NCBI GenBank assembly: GCA_951406725.2
Contig: OX597816.1
Span: forward strand, 104,346,001-104,410,000
Reading direction: 5' to 3'
Source: Octopus vulgaris
Lineage: Eukaryota
Length of the DNA stretch: 64,000 nt
The position numbers and the translations under genes were made by a program. The notes beneath the pieces were generated by a model that worked only from the letters and a program-made list of their open reading frames with translations, was not told where the DNA came from and ran no database searches. This document shows, piece after piece, positions 41,913 through 53,888 of the stretch. Position 1 is the stretch's first letter. The number at the start of each line of letters is the position of its first letter.

Positions 41913-43291
41913 GTGTTCAATAATACGGGACCCCGTAGCAGGTTGAAGAAATGTAATTGTAGGGACCCATCAGAATGTCCGATTAGCGGAAATTGTCGCC
42001 AGGAAAATGTAGTTTATAAATGTAGTGTTGAGGCTCAAGGAGGCAAGAGAAAAATATATATTGGTAGCACAGTAGACTTTAAGCAGAGGTATCGATCCCA
42101 CCTGAGCTCTTTCAACAATCCTAAATATAGGACCTCTACAACATTGGCATTACATGTTAATGACCTTAAGGAAAGGAATGTTGAATTTAAAATATCATGG
42201 GCTATCCTTGCGCATGCCTCCCCTTATAGAATTGGGTCCACTAGATGCGGTTTATGCATAAGGGAAGCATATACTATATTGAAAAATTACAACAATGCAG
42301 TGTTAAATAAGTTCACTGATGCAATACCGGCGTGTACGCATAAGATCCACTCGACGTTCCATAGGAAATTTAGAAATAGAAATAGCAATAAAAGTTAGAG
42401 CTAAGCAATAACAATTGAGTTAAGTTTAGTAAGTATAGTGGATGGTAAACGAGGTAAAACTAAAGTAATGTAATTATAAAAAAAAATAGTTGTTAGTCGA
42501 GGACTCGAACCTGAATATGTTGCTTTGCATGTATGGGAGAATTTATAAAATTGAAATAAAATAAAATAAAATAAATTAAGTGCTGAAGTGAAATGGTCCA
42601 GATGGCGCTGTGTGCATACAATTTACTATGGCGGCTTGATCGAATTGTATACGTATAAAGTTCCATTCAGGATCGACGAAAACATTTCTGGGAGTACGTA
42701 AATGCCGTGTTCTGAGAATGGTCGGTATGTGATTGTGTATTTGTGTATTTGTTCATGTTTTATATGTGTTGTATAGGACATCCTGATGAGGGGAGTGCCA
42801 ATTTTAAGTACTATTTTAAGTACTGATATGTCTAATATTAATTGGCATATCCTCGAAACGGCCCGTAGATGGACTTCCGTATATCTTATATTTTTGTAAG
42901 CCTGTATATGTATTATATTCTATGTACTATTCGTCGGAATTTTAATCGTCTTTTGATATGCCATATTTTTATTTTATTATCATTATATTTATTTCTCTTA
43001 TTCTAATAGTTTTAAGCGTGTTATATGCAAAATTTATATTTATATTTATATTTTTATTTGGATACTCATATATTACTGAATTTTTTATTTTTTTTAAATG
43101 TCGGACTGTTTAGATATAAATTAATATATAAGATTTGTATGTATTTGGTCTATCTTTGAATTTTGTGATGTTCCTGTGGTTGTTGCTCGCATTGCCTCCC
43201 CTTGGATAAAAAAGTGTATACAGCTCATTGTAGCACTTCTATTTCCAGTCCGTTGTATATCTTGTCACTCAAGATATAACTTTATATTTTG

Positions 43292-43295
<4 letters not shown>
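41913..43295 (+). mobile_element. Naiad-like Penelope 3' fragment: open GIY-YIG domain plus pLTR
   Basis: CNCRDPSECPISGNC, VVYKC..IYIGST..FKQRY..H..SF, CGLCIRE, CTH; ends in (TA)n. Confidence 0.88.
42779..42871 (+). ncRNA. Type-I hammerhead ribozyme in the Naiad-like pLTR
   Basis: CATC-CTGATGA-GGGGAGTGCCAATT...AATTGGCATATCCTC-GAAA-CGGCCCGTA^GATG; all core nucleotides intact. Confidence 0.88.
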
Positions 43296-43348
<53 letters not shown>

Positions 43349-43449
43349 TAGATAGATATATCTTTAGATGTATTTATGTGCGTATATCTATATTTACGCA
43401 CGAACACAAATACACATCTATGCATGCATGTATAGCTCTTCTATTTTTT

Positions 43450-43800
43450 AATTATTATAATTCTTCCTCTGAAGAGGGAGCCGGTTTCCAACAAAAATAC
43501 AACGCTCCATTTTGGGATGTAGTTAACACAGACAAATTCACATTTGGAACTTGAGAAAAGTCTTGCATATTTTTTTTCCTATTCCACTGACAGATTGCGC
43601 TTGTACGAATTAGCCGGTCAATTTCTCTTCCTGAAAATCTCAGTTTATCCAAATTCTCCTTGAAACTTTACTAACAAAACCTAGTGCTCCAATTATTATT
43701 GGTATGAATATGAATTCATAGTCTGGATATAGAAGCTAGAGGTTTCAAAGCAGTTGTCCATACATATCGTTTTTTTCTTTAATTTCCAAAGAGATATTCC
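43450..43800 (-). mobile_element. 3' fragment of an RLE LINE, same lineage as 11135-11695
   Basis: Manual translation YPDYEFIFIPIIIGALG...LDKLRFSGREIDRLIR...KICKTFLKFQM*. Confidence 0.7.
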
Positions 43801-43856
43801 AAACACACATACACACTCACATACACTCACACACTTACACACACACACACATATAT

Positions 43857-44005
43857 AAGACGGGCTTCTTTCAGCTGGCGTCTACCAAATCCACTCACAA
43901 GACTTTGGTCAACCCGAGGCTATAGTTGAAGACACTTGTTCAATGTGCCACGCAGTGGGACTGAACCCGGAACCATGTGGTTGGTAAGCAAGCTAATTTA
44001 CTATA
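43857..44005 (-). mobile_element. SINE family A 5' half
   Basis: Reverse complement of CCGGGTTCAGTCCCACTGCGTGGCAC...GAAAGAAGCCCGTC. Confidence 0.8.
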
Positions 44006-44117
44006 CAGGCAGTATGTATGTACGTATGTATAGAAATTAATTTACGAATTTAAACCACCTGTAATGGTATAAACATTATCGCTCGCACATATATTGTGTA
44101 TGTGTTTAGTTTATGCG

Positions 44118-44158
<41 letters not shown>

Positions 44159-45627
44159 CTCATATATACAGATACATATACGTATGTGTATAAGTGTGTA
44201 TACATGAAATAAATATTAAGACACTCATATGTTCCCTGTAACACATTCCGGCCTCGAAGTTTGTAATCACAAACCGCTTCATGGTACATTTATTCCTACA
44301 CGAAGAGTTTGAATAAATGCCACATTAATATTGTCATCGACATACAATAAGAAGTAGGGACACAGAAAAAGTGAACAGTATGCTCAAAGCAATCTGTTGT
44401 TGAATACGCCATTTAGGAATAGAACAAACTGAATCCATATGGTTTTGAAGTGAAATTTTTAGCTTGCTTCGTTCCATTTGACTATTACAATCTCCGATAA
44501 TATTGCTACATACAACTCAATTACCTATCTATTGTATGCAATTTAATTACTATATATAGAAGTTTTGAAAATAATCAACTGTAAATTTACAATTTATATT
44601 ACTGTAGCAACGAATTGAATTTACAATATATATAAATACTTCCTAATCAACAGACCGTTTACGTTAAACAGTTTGCATTTTAAAGATTGAAAATAAGGTA
44701 ATTACAGGCTACCACATAAGTAAAAACAAACCGATCTATTATTATTTTTCAACACAGCAGTTTGAATTTGAGTTTTGTTCACTTTGAAGTTTATAGATTT
44801 CTTAAACAATCCATTTTTGTTTGTTTTATATCTCTGATTTTATGATCAGGCATATGCCCGTCTCATCTGATGTATTCTTAGCATTAAAGGAGCTGGTTGT
44901 CATTGATGTTGGTTGAAAGGCTTTTGTTGTTTATGTGTCACAGTAGACTTTGCGAAAGAAATAACTGAGGAATTCTTAGATTAAATATATTTCGCTTCAG
45001 ACTTGTCTGTTTATTTCAAAATTCTTTTAGGCAATTATCACAAGACTAATTATCTGAGTATTGTTGTCCTCTTCGCTGCTCACGCAGTTTTGTCTGACAT
45101 CGTTGTCTGACGCCGGCAGTTTTCATTAGGTTAGTTATGGCAAATTAGACACGATGTGATATAGATGGTGTCAAGAATTTTCAGAAATTTGGACCAACAA
45201 GAGAAAGAAAGAGAGAGAGGGGGGAGGGAGAGGGAAATGGATAGAGAGACAATAGAATATTGGTCGTTTGTATGAGGCTATATGATTACACCATTGAGAA
45301 AATATGCCCAAAATAGTGATATATTTATTCTGGAATTTATGATGTTAATAGACAGGAAATGTGTGAATTTCAGGTATAAATGGTATATAAATATACATAT
45401 TTATTAAATCAATGTTGAGCGTCTACTCTGAGTTTCACCCTTAGCTGAACTGTTCGAGATAGTGGAAACCTAAAACTATCATTATCCTTATAGAGTTCTC
45501 ACCTAATTCATCCTGACGCACCTAACTTGAAGTCTCTATAAGCTCCAGCGTCTCTCCACCGTCATGAAAAGTCAAGCTGAGAAAGAATAGCAGACAGCAA
45601 CACTGTCAACTTTGATATAATTATGTG

Positions 45628-45721
<94 letters not shown>

Positions 45722-45751
45722 CGTGCGTGTGTGTGTGTGTGTGTGTGTACT

Positions 45752-45998
45752 AGGTGCAGGCGTGGCTGGGTAGTAAGGAACTTGCTTCCCAACCACATAG
45801 TTCCGCGTTCTGTTCCACTGCGTGGCACCTTGTACTGGTGTTTTCTACTATAGACGTAGGCCGATTCAAGCCTTGTGACTGGATTTGGTTGACAGAAACT
45901 GAACGAAGTCCATCGTATACTATATATCTGTAGTTTGATAGTTAGCTAGGTAGGTAGGTAGGTAGGTAGGTAGGTAGGTAGGTAGGTAGGTAGGTAGG

Positions 45999-46086
<88 letters not shown>

Positions 46087-46305
46087 GAAAGAGAGAGAGA
46101 TATTTATGTATGTGTGTATATGCGTCTGTGTTTGTACCCCACCCCATCATTGCTTGACAACTAGTGGTAAAGACTTTTGTGTCGCTGTAAGTTACCAGTT
46201 TGGCAAAACAGATCAAAGGAATAAGTTTAACGTGAACAGCCCTAGGGTCGATTTATTGGACTAAAATTTCAAGGCTAATGTCTGAAACAAGTAAAAAATA
46301 AAAGT
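45752..46305 (+). mobile_element. SINE family A with expanded internal (TAGG)n(TAGA)n
   Basis: Head GGTGCAGGCGTGGCTGGGTAGTAAGGAACTTGCTTCCCAACC, tail CTGAAACAAGTAAAA. Confidence 0.8.
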
Positions 46306-47100
46306 GAAAAGATATCTATTCACTCTACTTGGCATATTATGTTCTGTCCCAGATAATTCTTGCCGTATGTAAAATATATTTTTATGATTTAGTACTATTA
46401 CATTATGACATGCATTCATACATACACACATACAAACGTACGTACATAAGTACATACATACATACATATATATACATACATGCATGCATACATACATGCA
46501 TACATACATATACCACGCATAATTATAAATACATAACGTACATATGTACGTATATATCTGCATATGTTTATATCGTAAATTTTATACTATACTCTTCGTA
46601 TCCTATTGTTCTGCACATGCATACATTTTGATACATGATTCACAGTCACAGCTCTTAATTTTAGCGCACCTTTTAACTATCACGTGTACATCTTATCCGA
46701 TTATCTTAAGTTTTAAATATGACAAGATAAATCCCCTTTCCCATGTAACTTAAGCAATTCATCCAACTGCATTTGAAAAACAACTTTCGACCATTCAAAA
46801 TGCTTCATTTTGGTGCCTCTCTACTTGAACAACTTGCTGGAGCCCACTCTTCCTAAACAGCAAGAAATAAAAGGGTTCTATGAGGTTTGCATTCTCAAAT
46901 TGGTACATAAATTCATTCGTTTATATGGTTACATATATGCATTTCGGTGAGCATACAACAATGTGAAGTTACTTTATGCTGCCGCACCTATATGACACGT
47001 CTCGTGAAATTAACAGTACTAATGTCATTGTTTATCTTGCATATATTATAAACTGCGGCTAATCTATATTTCAAAATGATTAATTTTTATGCTCTGTATA

Positions 47101-47258
47101 TTCTTTTCTACTCTAGGCACAAGGCCCGAAATTTAGGGGGAGAGGCCCAATCGATTTGATCGACCTCAGTACGCAGCTGGCACTTAAATTATCGACCCCC
47201 GAAAGGATGAAAGGCAAAGCCGACCTCTGTGGAATTTGAACTCAGAACGTAAATGCAG
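47101..47258 (-). mobile_element. SINE family C, 3' part (split copy)
   Basis: Homologous to the reverse complement of the copy at 63341-63550; continues at 53817. Confidence 0.85.
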
Positions 47259-47435
47259 TTCTATATTTAAGAGATGAGGAACTATGTACATTATTTACAT
47301 TATTCATATTTTACGGTTATTTGTTCCCATCTTGTGTGTTGTTAATACAACGTTTCGGCTGATATACTCTGCAGCTTTCATCAGGTGTCCTGGGGAAATT
47401 TCGAACCTGGGTTCTCATTCCTAAGGTATTTCACT
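47259..47435 (-). mobile_element. Hammerhead-bearing terminal arm (left); ribozyme at 47345-47388
   Basis: Minus strand ACAC-CTGATGA-AAGCTG...CAGCC-GAAA-CGTT^GTAT; inverted homologue of 53668-53816. Confidence 0.85.
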
Positions 47436-47468
47436 GTTGTTGTTCTTATTGTTATTGTTATTGTTATA

Positions 47469-47537
<69 letters not shown>

Positions 47538-47538
<1 letters not shown>

Positions 47539-50500
47539 TGTGTTTGACTTTTGCTTTACGTCTGTACAAGTTGGCTCCAAGTCTCACCCAGAGACCTCAA
47601 GAGACAACAGGTTGGAAGTTCACGTTGTTGTTATGCCTAGTGTGCCATATATTTGGGGGGTTTGTTGGTGTTGTACTAGTGAATGCCTAATACATAAATT
47701 AAAAAAAAAAGTTTGTTATAAACCTTGGGATTACATAGAGAGTATTTTGCGTAGGATATGAGCAGTTCCCATGAGCACTATCTTTTGAATTTCTGCCATT
47801 TTGGGGTTTCCTGGTATCTGAGTTAGGTAGTAATCAGCCCCTTTCGCTATCATTCCCAGGGCACCTATGACAACAGGTATTGCTTTAGTCTTCAGGTGCC
47901 ACATTTTGCTGATTTCTATTTCAAGATCTTTATATTTGCTCAGTTTTTGGTAGGTCTTGACAGATACGTTTATATCGATTGGGACAGTCATATCAATGAG
48001 GAGGCATGTTCTTTGTCTGAAGTCTTTCAATATGATGTCTGGCCTATTTGCATCTATCTTTCTGTCAGTTTGAATGGTGAAGTTCCAGAGGAGTGAGATG
48101 TGGTCATTTTCAAGCACTGGAGGTGGATTGTGTTCCCACCAGTTTTTTTCATGGGGCAAATCCAGGTTTTTGCAAATTACCCAGTGAATATATTGTGCAG
48201 CTCTATCATGCCTGTTGAGGTACTCTGTAGTCGCTAGAAGACTGCATTTGGAGATAACATGATCAATGGTTTCATTTTGTTGTCGGCATACACGACATGT
48301 TGGGCTACTGCCGTTCTTTAATATGTTGGCCAGGTAGTTTCTTGTTGGTAGGCATTGATCTTGAGCTGCTTTGATAAACCCTTCTGTTTCAGATTTTAAG
48401 CCAGAGGCCATTAGCCATTGATGGGTCAGGGCTTTGTCAATATCTGCATTATTCGCTCTCTTTGGGTATTTGCCATAGAGAGGTTTTTCTTGCCATTTAT
48501 TATTCAGAATATCTAAGGCCGCAGTTTTGGCACGGGTTTTCATGCGCCTAGCTTTTTCTGTGCTTGTTTTCCTGTATATCTATCTCTAATTCCGAAATTT
48601 GTTGTATTCGGAATTCACTTAGATATTCCTTTGCCTGTTTTGTTACTGAGTATGATGCTTTCTTGTTTTCATGTTTTAAGACAAGTTTTAACATCCAGTC
48701 TTCAGACTTTTTCAGGTAGGTGTCTAGGCCAATTATAGCAATCTTCATTGTTATTGCCAGTTGCAAAAGTCCACGGCCTTCCTCTTTTCTTGGCAGATAA
48801 AGTCGTTCTGTATCTGCCTTAGGGTGGTGCATTCTATGCATTGTCAACAGTTTTCTTATTTTTCTGTCGAGCTGACATATTTCAGTAATTGACCAGTTAA
48901 CGATATTGAAACTGTAAGTCACGACTGGTATGGCTAATGCATTGATCGCTTCGATCCTGTTTCTTGCATTCAGCTGTCTTGAGTATTGCTCTCACTCTTC
49001 GATAGCGTTCTCTTCTGATCCTTTCCTTCATTTCTGAATGCCTTATTCCTTCTCCTTCAATTACCCTTAGGTACTTGTAGCTCTCCGCTGGGTCTAGTTC
49101 TTTTATGACATTCTGCTGGTCAAGCTTAGCGTTAGATGTTTCTGTCATTTTTCCTTTGATAAAGGTAGCTTTTGCACATTTATCGAGGCCGAATTGCATT
49201 CTGATGTCGTTACTGAATTGTTTGACTATCGCTAGTAAGCCCTTGAGTTGTTGGTCATTTTTTGCAAAAAGCTTTAAATCATCCATGTAAATGAGATGAT
49301 TTATATTTTTATCAAACATTTTATACCCGTACTGCGCGTCATTGAGCAGTTTTGAGAGAGGTATTAAGGCTAAACAAAAGAAGAGTGGTGACAGTGAGTC
49401 ACCCTGGAAAATGCCACACGAAATTTTTACGTCACCAGCATTTAGTGATTCATTGTCACTGTTCAGAGTTAGTGTGGTTCTCCATGATCTCATACTTACA
49501 GTCAAAAAGTTTCGCAGAGTAGGTGCTATCTTATACATTTCCAGGCATTTCCTAATCCAGCTATGTGGTAGGCTATCAAAATCCTTTTTATAGTCTATCC
49601 AGGCTATTGATAAGTTTTTGTGTCGTTTGTGACAATCTTCTAAGATCATCTTATTGATGAGTAGTTGATCTTTACAGCCGTAGGATCCACGTTTACATCC
49701 TTTCTGTTCATTAGGGAATATGCTGCTGTCTGTTAAAAAACTATAAGTATATTCCGTCAGGACAGATGTTAGCGTTTTGTACATAGTTGTTAAGCAGGTT
49801 ATGGGTCTATAGTTTTTTGGTTCATTTGTTTCTTCACTTTTTGGAAGCAGGCATGTTAACCCATTAACTAGCCAATGAGGCATCCTACTAGGGTGTTGCA
49901 AAACATCATTGTACAGTTCTGTTAGCAGTTCATGGCTCTCTGGGAAGGCATTTAGCCAGAAGTTAGGAATGTTATCCTTTCCTGGAGACTTCCATGTGCT
50001 TGACCTCCTGAGAGCAGATACTATATCTTCTACCTTGACACCCTCCCACTTTTGCTCTTCTAAGGGGTCCAGTTCTGTAGGTATTCTGTCAATCCAGGGG
50101 GCCTTTTCGTTGTGTGTTTTTTCTTCTGCCCAAATTTTATTCCAAAATCCCTGCACTTCTTTTGTTGGTACAGACCTTGCAGTAAACGCTGTAAAAATTC
50201 TTGGGGTTATTTTTGAACATGTTGTTGTCCTTGAAAAATCTAACACGCTTTTCATACCTCGCTATGCGGGCAGCTTTGGCAGATACCTTTTGTTTGATGG
50301 TTTATATGGTGGCATCAATATCAAGTATAGTTTTCATATTGTATATTTTCAGCAATTTTGGGGTTTTTGTAGGTTTGGTAGTCTTGTGAACCTTAAGGTT
50401 TTTCAAATATTCAATGTCAGATCTAAATAGTTTAATTTGTTGTTGCGGACGCTCTTGCCGAGAAGGCTTTTTGTGGGAATGTTGCCGTTTTCTAATCTTT

Positions 50501-52416
50501 ACACTACATAGGATCGTTGAGATTTTCGCGGATGCATAGTATAGGTGTTTGAGATTTGTGATATCAACATCATTAGCTGAAATTATATCCTTAAGTGCAA
50601 GCTGGATTTTACCAATTATTTTCATGTCTTGGTTAGAGTTGCGGATTTTAGGGAGTGTATCACGTTCATCCATGCTGGTTTCTTTAATTTTCAGCCATTC
50701 AATCGTGATTTGATTTTTTAGCTCATGTAGTTCTGTTGGGTCAATATTTGTGTGACTTTCTTTATCTATTTGATGTTCATCTGTCTTAGTGTTTATGATT
50801 GGTTCAGGGAGTATTTCACTTTGCCTATCACTTATACTAACTCTTTCAATCCTTACTTCGTTTTTATCAGCCCTGGGCTGGTCTATAATTATTTCCTCAG
50901 TATTATCTTCTCTAGCTGCAGCCTCGTTCATTTTATCCGATATTGCTTGTCTAACTTGATCAATCTCTACTTCAGTCAGTAATTTTCTTTTTATAATGTT
51001 TCTTCTGACGTTGGCAAGTTTGTTACTGTCTATGTAGGGTCTTACTTCAGGGTGTTTCTGTCTCCAGTTTAAGTATGTTTGTACAGTGTTAGATTTATCT
51101 GTGGGGAAATATATGGCATGGTAGAAGGCCTCAAGAACTTTTTTATTATCTTCCCTAGACCATTTTTTTTCTTTTTCTTTTGATTATTTGGTGACGAGCA
51201 TGGATGGCCATCTGTTGGAATATTCCGGTTGTGGGGTACGTCCAGCTCCTGTGTGTTGGGAAGATTTGATCCAGTAGCTGATTTTTCAATCAGAATTTGG
51301 TTCAATTTTCGGGGTACGTGGTCTTTTGTAATCCGCGCGACGACCAATGCGGTTTATTGTTCGATTTGTTGACATTGAAGCATGACGAGCTTCCATTCTT
51401 ATATTAGGAGATGGATCTATCAGTTTAGGGTTCTCTACACGTAAGCATTGCTCGTAGCGCAGCTTCTTAAGGCTAGCAGATCTGTATTCATCTGTATTTT
51501 TATCTCCGAACATTTTTTCCCCTTCTCTTCCTTTTTTCCTCTCTCTTTCTCTCTATCTCCTTCTTTCCCTTTTTCCTTCCTTCTTTTCCCTTCCTCTTTT
51601 AAACTTATAAAAGGCTCACTCTGCCTGTATTAGTTCGAAATAATGAGAATAAAATACGGAAAAAGAAAAGAAAAAAAGGGATCTGTCAGTTATTATTGTT
51701 ATTACTATCACCTTCACCACCATCACCATCATCATCATCATCATCACCATCACCATCATCATCATCAATGACATTGTTTTATGTGTAGTCACAGCCACCA
51801 TCATCAGCACTACTGCCATTGTGTGGGGGAATGGTTGATTAAAGAGGTCGTGTTCTATGGGTCTATAAATAGATTCAGCAGATGGTGGATACAAAGGACA
51901 TTAATGGTCAGTAAAAGGTCAAACCTGTTTACATTTACTTTTTTTTCCTTTCTCTTTTCTTCCTTTCCACATACATATGAATATGTATATGTATACTCAC
52001 ATACATGTTATCTGATGTTTACGTCGATTTTTTTAAAATTTCTGAATTCAGATGTATGTATATATTAGCAGGTGCTTACTTCCATAATTTTTTTATCGTG
52101 CATTTAATTGTGTTGTTACAATAAAAGGCAATTTAAAAGGCAATTTTACACATTCTTATAGTCATGAGAGACGACTAAATGTTCACACAAAATTGGAGAT
52201 ATTTATGTTTCTAATTTTCTTGTTAGGTGTACGATTGTATGAGCTGTAGGTATGTAAGTTCCTTAACTTATTTTGAGGGAAATTCAAATTACTCATAGAA
52301 AACAGTAGATCTTCCAGTTTTCTACAGTTTTTTTCAGTTGTCCTGCTGGGTTAGCTGTTGCCAGTTCAGAGCATCGGAAAAATACGTCCATCCTCTGTCA
52401 CGTCCAGCCGCCTTCC
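47538..52416 (-). mobile_element. Probably full-length R4/Dong-type LINE (~4.9 kb) inserted in (TAA)n
   Basis: RT (WKSPGKD, GIFQGDSLSP, YMDD), CRVC..H..SKC, RHD, NRPDII..D..K..KY; long (ATT)n on both sides. Confidence 0.93.
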
Positions 52417-52453
<37 letters not shown>

Positions 52454-52485
52454 GATTATTATTATTATTATTATTATTATTTATG

Positions 52486-52578
<93 letters not shown>

Positions 52579-52583
52579 ATTTT

Positions 52584-52647
52584 TCAGGTCACTGCCAGGA
52601 GTCGAACTCGGAATCTTGGGGTTATTAGCCCGCGCTCTTAACCACTA
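52584..52647 (-). other. tRNA-like head, truncated inverted copy
   Basis: Minus strand TAGTGGTTAAGAGCGCGGGCTAATAACCCCAAGATTCCGAGTTCGACTCCTGGCAGTGACC. Confidence 0.8.
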
Positions 52648-52696
52648 GAGGGAGATCAAATTTACTAACGTGCAAGCAAGTAATTTTCTCGCAACG

Positions 52697-52768
52697 GGGC
52701 ATAAGGCGTAGTGGTTAAGATCGCGGGCTACTAACTCCAAGATTCCGAGTTCGATTCCAGGCAGGACC
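52697..52768 (+). other. tRNA-like head with Pol III A/B boxes (not a functional tRNA)
   Basis: GGCGTAGTGG A box, anticodon-like loop CTACTAA, GAGTTCGATTC B box; acceptor stem does not pair. Confidence 0.8.
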
Positions 52769-52769
52769 A

Positions 52770-52801
<32 letters not shown>

Positions 52802-52829
52802 GTAATAATAATAATAATAATGATGATGT

Positions 52830-52862
<33 letters not shown>

Positions 52863-52879
52863 AATAATAATAAAAATAA

Positions 52880-53655
52880 CAACACTCATGTATGGATGAA
52901 GAGCTCAGGAGTGAAGGCTGAAGCCGTAGGTTTTATCATAGCAGCACAAGATCAAAGCTTGGCAACCACGGCTTACCGCAACAAAATAATGAACGATGGC
53001 ACTGACCCGAGATGCAGAATGTGTCATGATCAAGATGAAACTGTGGACCACTTCTTAACTGGATGCACAGCACTAGCAAAAACCGAATATATTCATAGAT
53101 ACAATAGAATAGCGCAATATATCCATTGGAAGATATGTAAACACTACCAGCTTCCAACTTCAGAAAGATGGTACCAGCATAAACCTAAAACTGTGACCGG
53201 AAAAGATGATGTAACAGTACTCTGGGACATGCCAATGAACACCGATAAAGAAATCAAGGCAAACAGGCCGGACATAATAATCAAAGATGGGAAGGATAAG
53301 AAATGCTTAATGATAGAAGTGACAGTACCATCAGAGAGAAATGTGTCCATTAAAGAGGTTGAGAAGTTATTTAGGTACAAAGAACTAGAAATAGGAGTAA
53401 CCAATGTGGGGAATGAAAAGCAGCACAGCACCAGTGGTGATTTGAGCGTTAGGGCTAATTAAAAAGGGCCTTGATAGGCAGCTCAACAAACTCCCTTGCA
53501 GTGTTAATGTTGGAGAACTTCAGAAAATAGTGTTACCATGTTCCGTACTCATTTTACGCCGTGTACTCTCCATGAGATGAGGATCTGCTGTGACCCTAGG
53601 GTCAAGAGATGACCCCGGTTCAGTAGAAAACGGACCATATTTTATTTTAAAACAA
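52880..53655 (+). mobile_element. 5'-truncated R4/Dong-type LINE in (AAT)n
   Basis: SGVKAEAVGFIIAAQDQSL, CRMC..H..GC, NRPDIII..E..K..Y. Confidence 0.9.
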
Positions 53656-53667
53656 TAATAATAATAA

Positions 53668-53816
53668 CATCGAAAAATACCTTAGGAATGAGAACCCAAG
53701 TTCGAAATTTCCCAAGAAACCTGATGAAGTCTGGAGGGTATATCAGCAGAAACGTTGTGTTAACAAGAAACAAGATGAGGACACATATTCGTCAAATGTA
53801 AATAATGTAAATAACG
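53668..53816 (+). mobile_element. Hammerhead-bearing terminal arm (right); ribozyme at 53717-53760
   Basis: AAAC-CTGATGA-AGTCTG...CAGCA-GAAA-CGTT^GTGT. Confidence 0.85.
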
Positions 53817-53888
53817 TCAGAACATAAAGGCAGACGAAATACCACTAAGCATTTCGTCCGGTGTGCTAACGTTTCTGCCTGCTCGTCA
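53817..53888 (-). mobile_element. SINE family C, 5' part (split copy)
   Basis: Minus strand GAGCAGGCAGAAACGTTAGCACACCGGACGAAATGCTTAGTGGTATTTCGTC matches the head of 63341-63400. Confidence 0.85.

Noticed and set aside
52697-52768. Functional tRNA-Ser(ACT)
   Set aside because: Acceptor and T stems do not pair, there is no long variable arm, and it is part of a repeat
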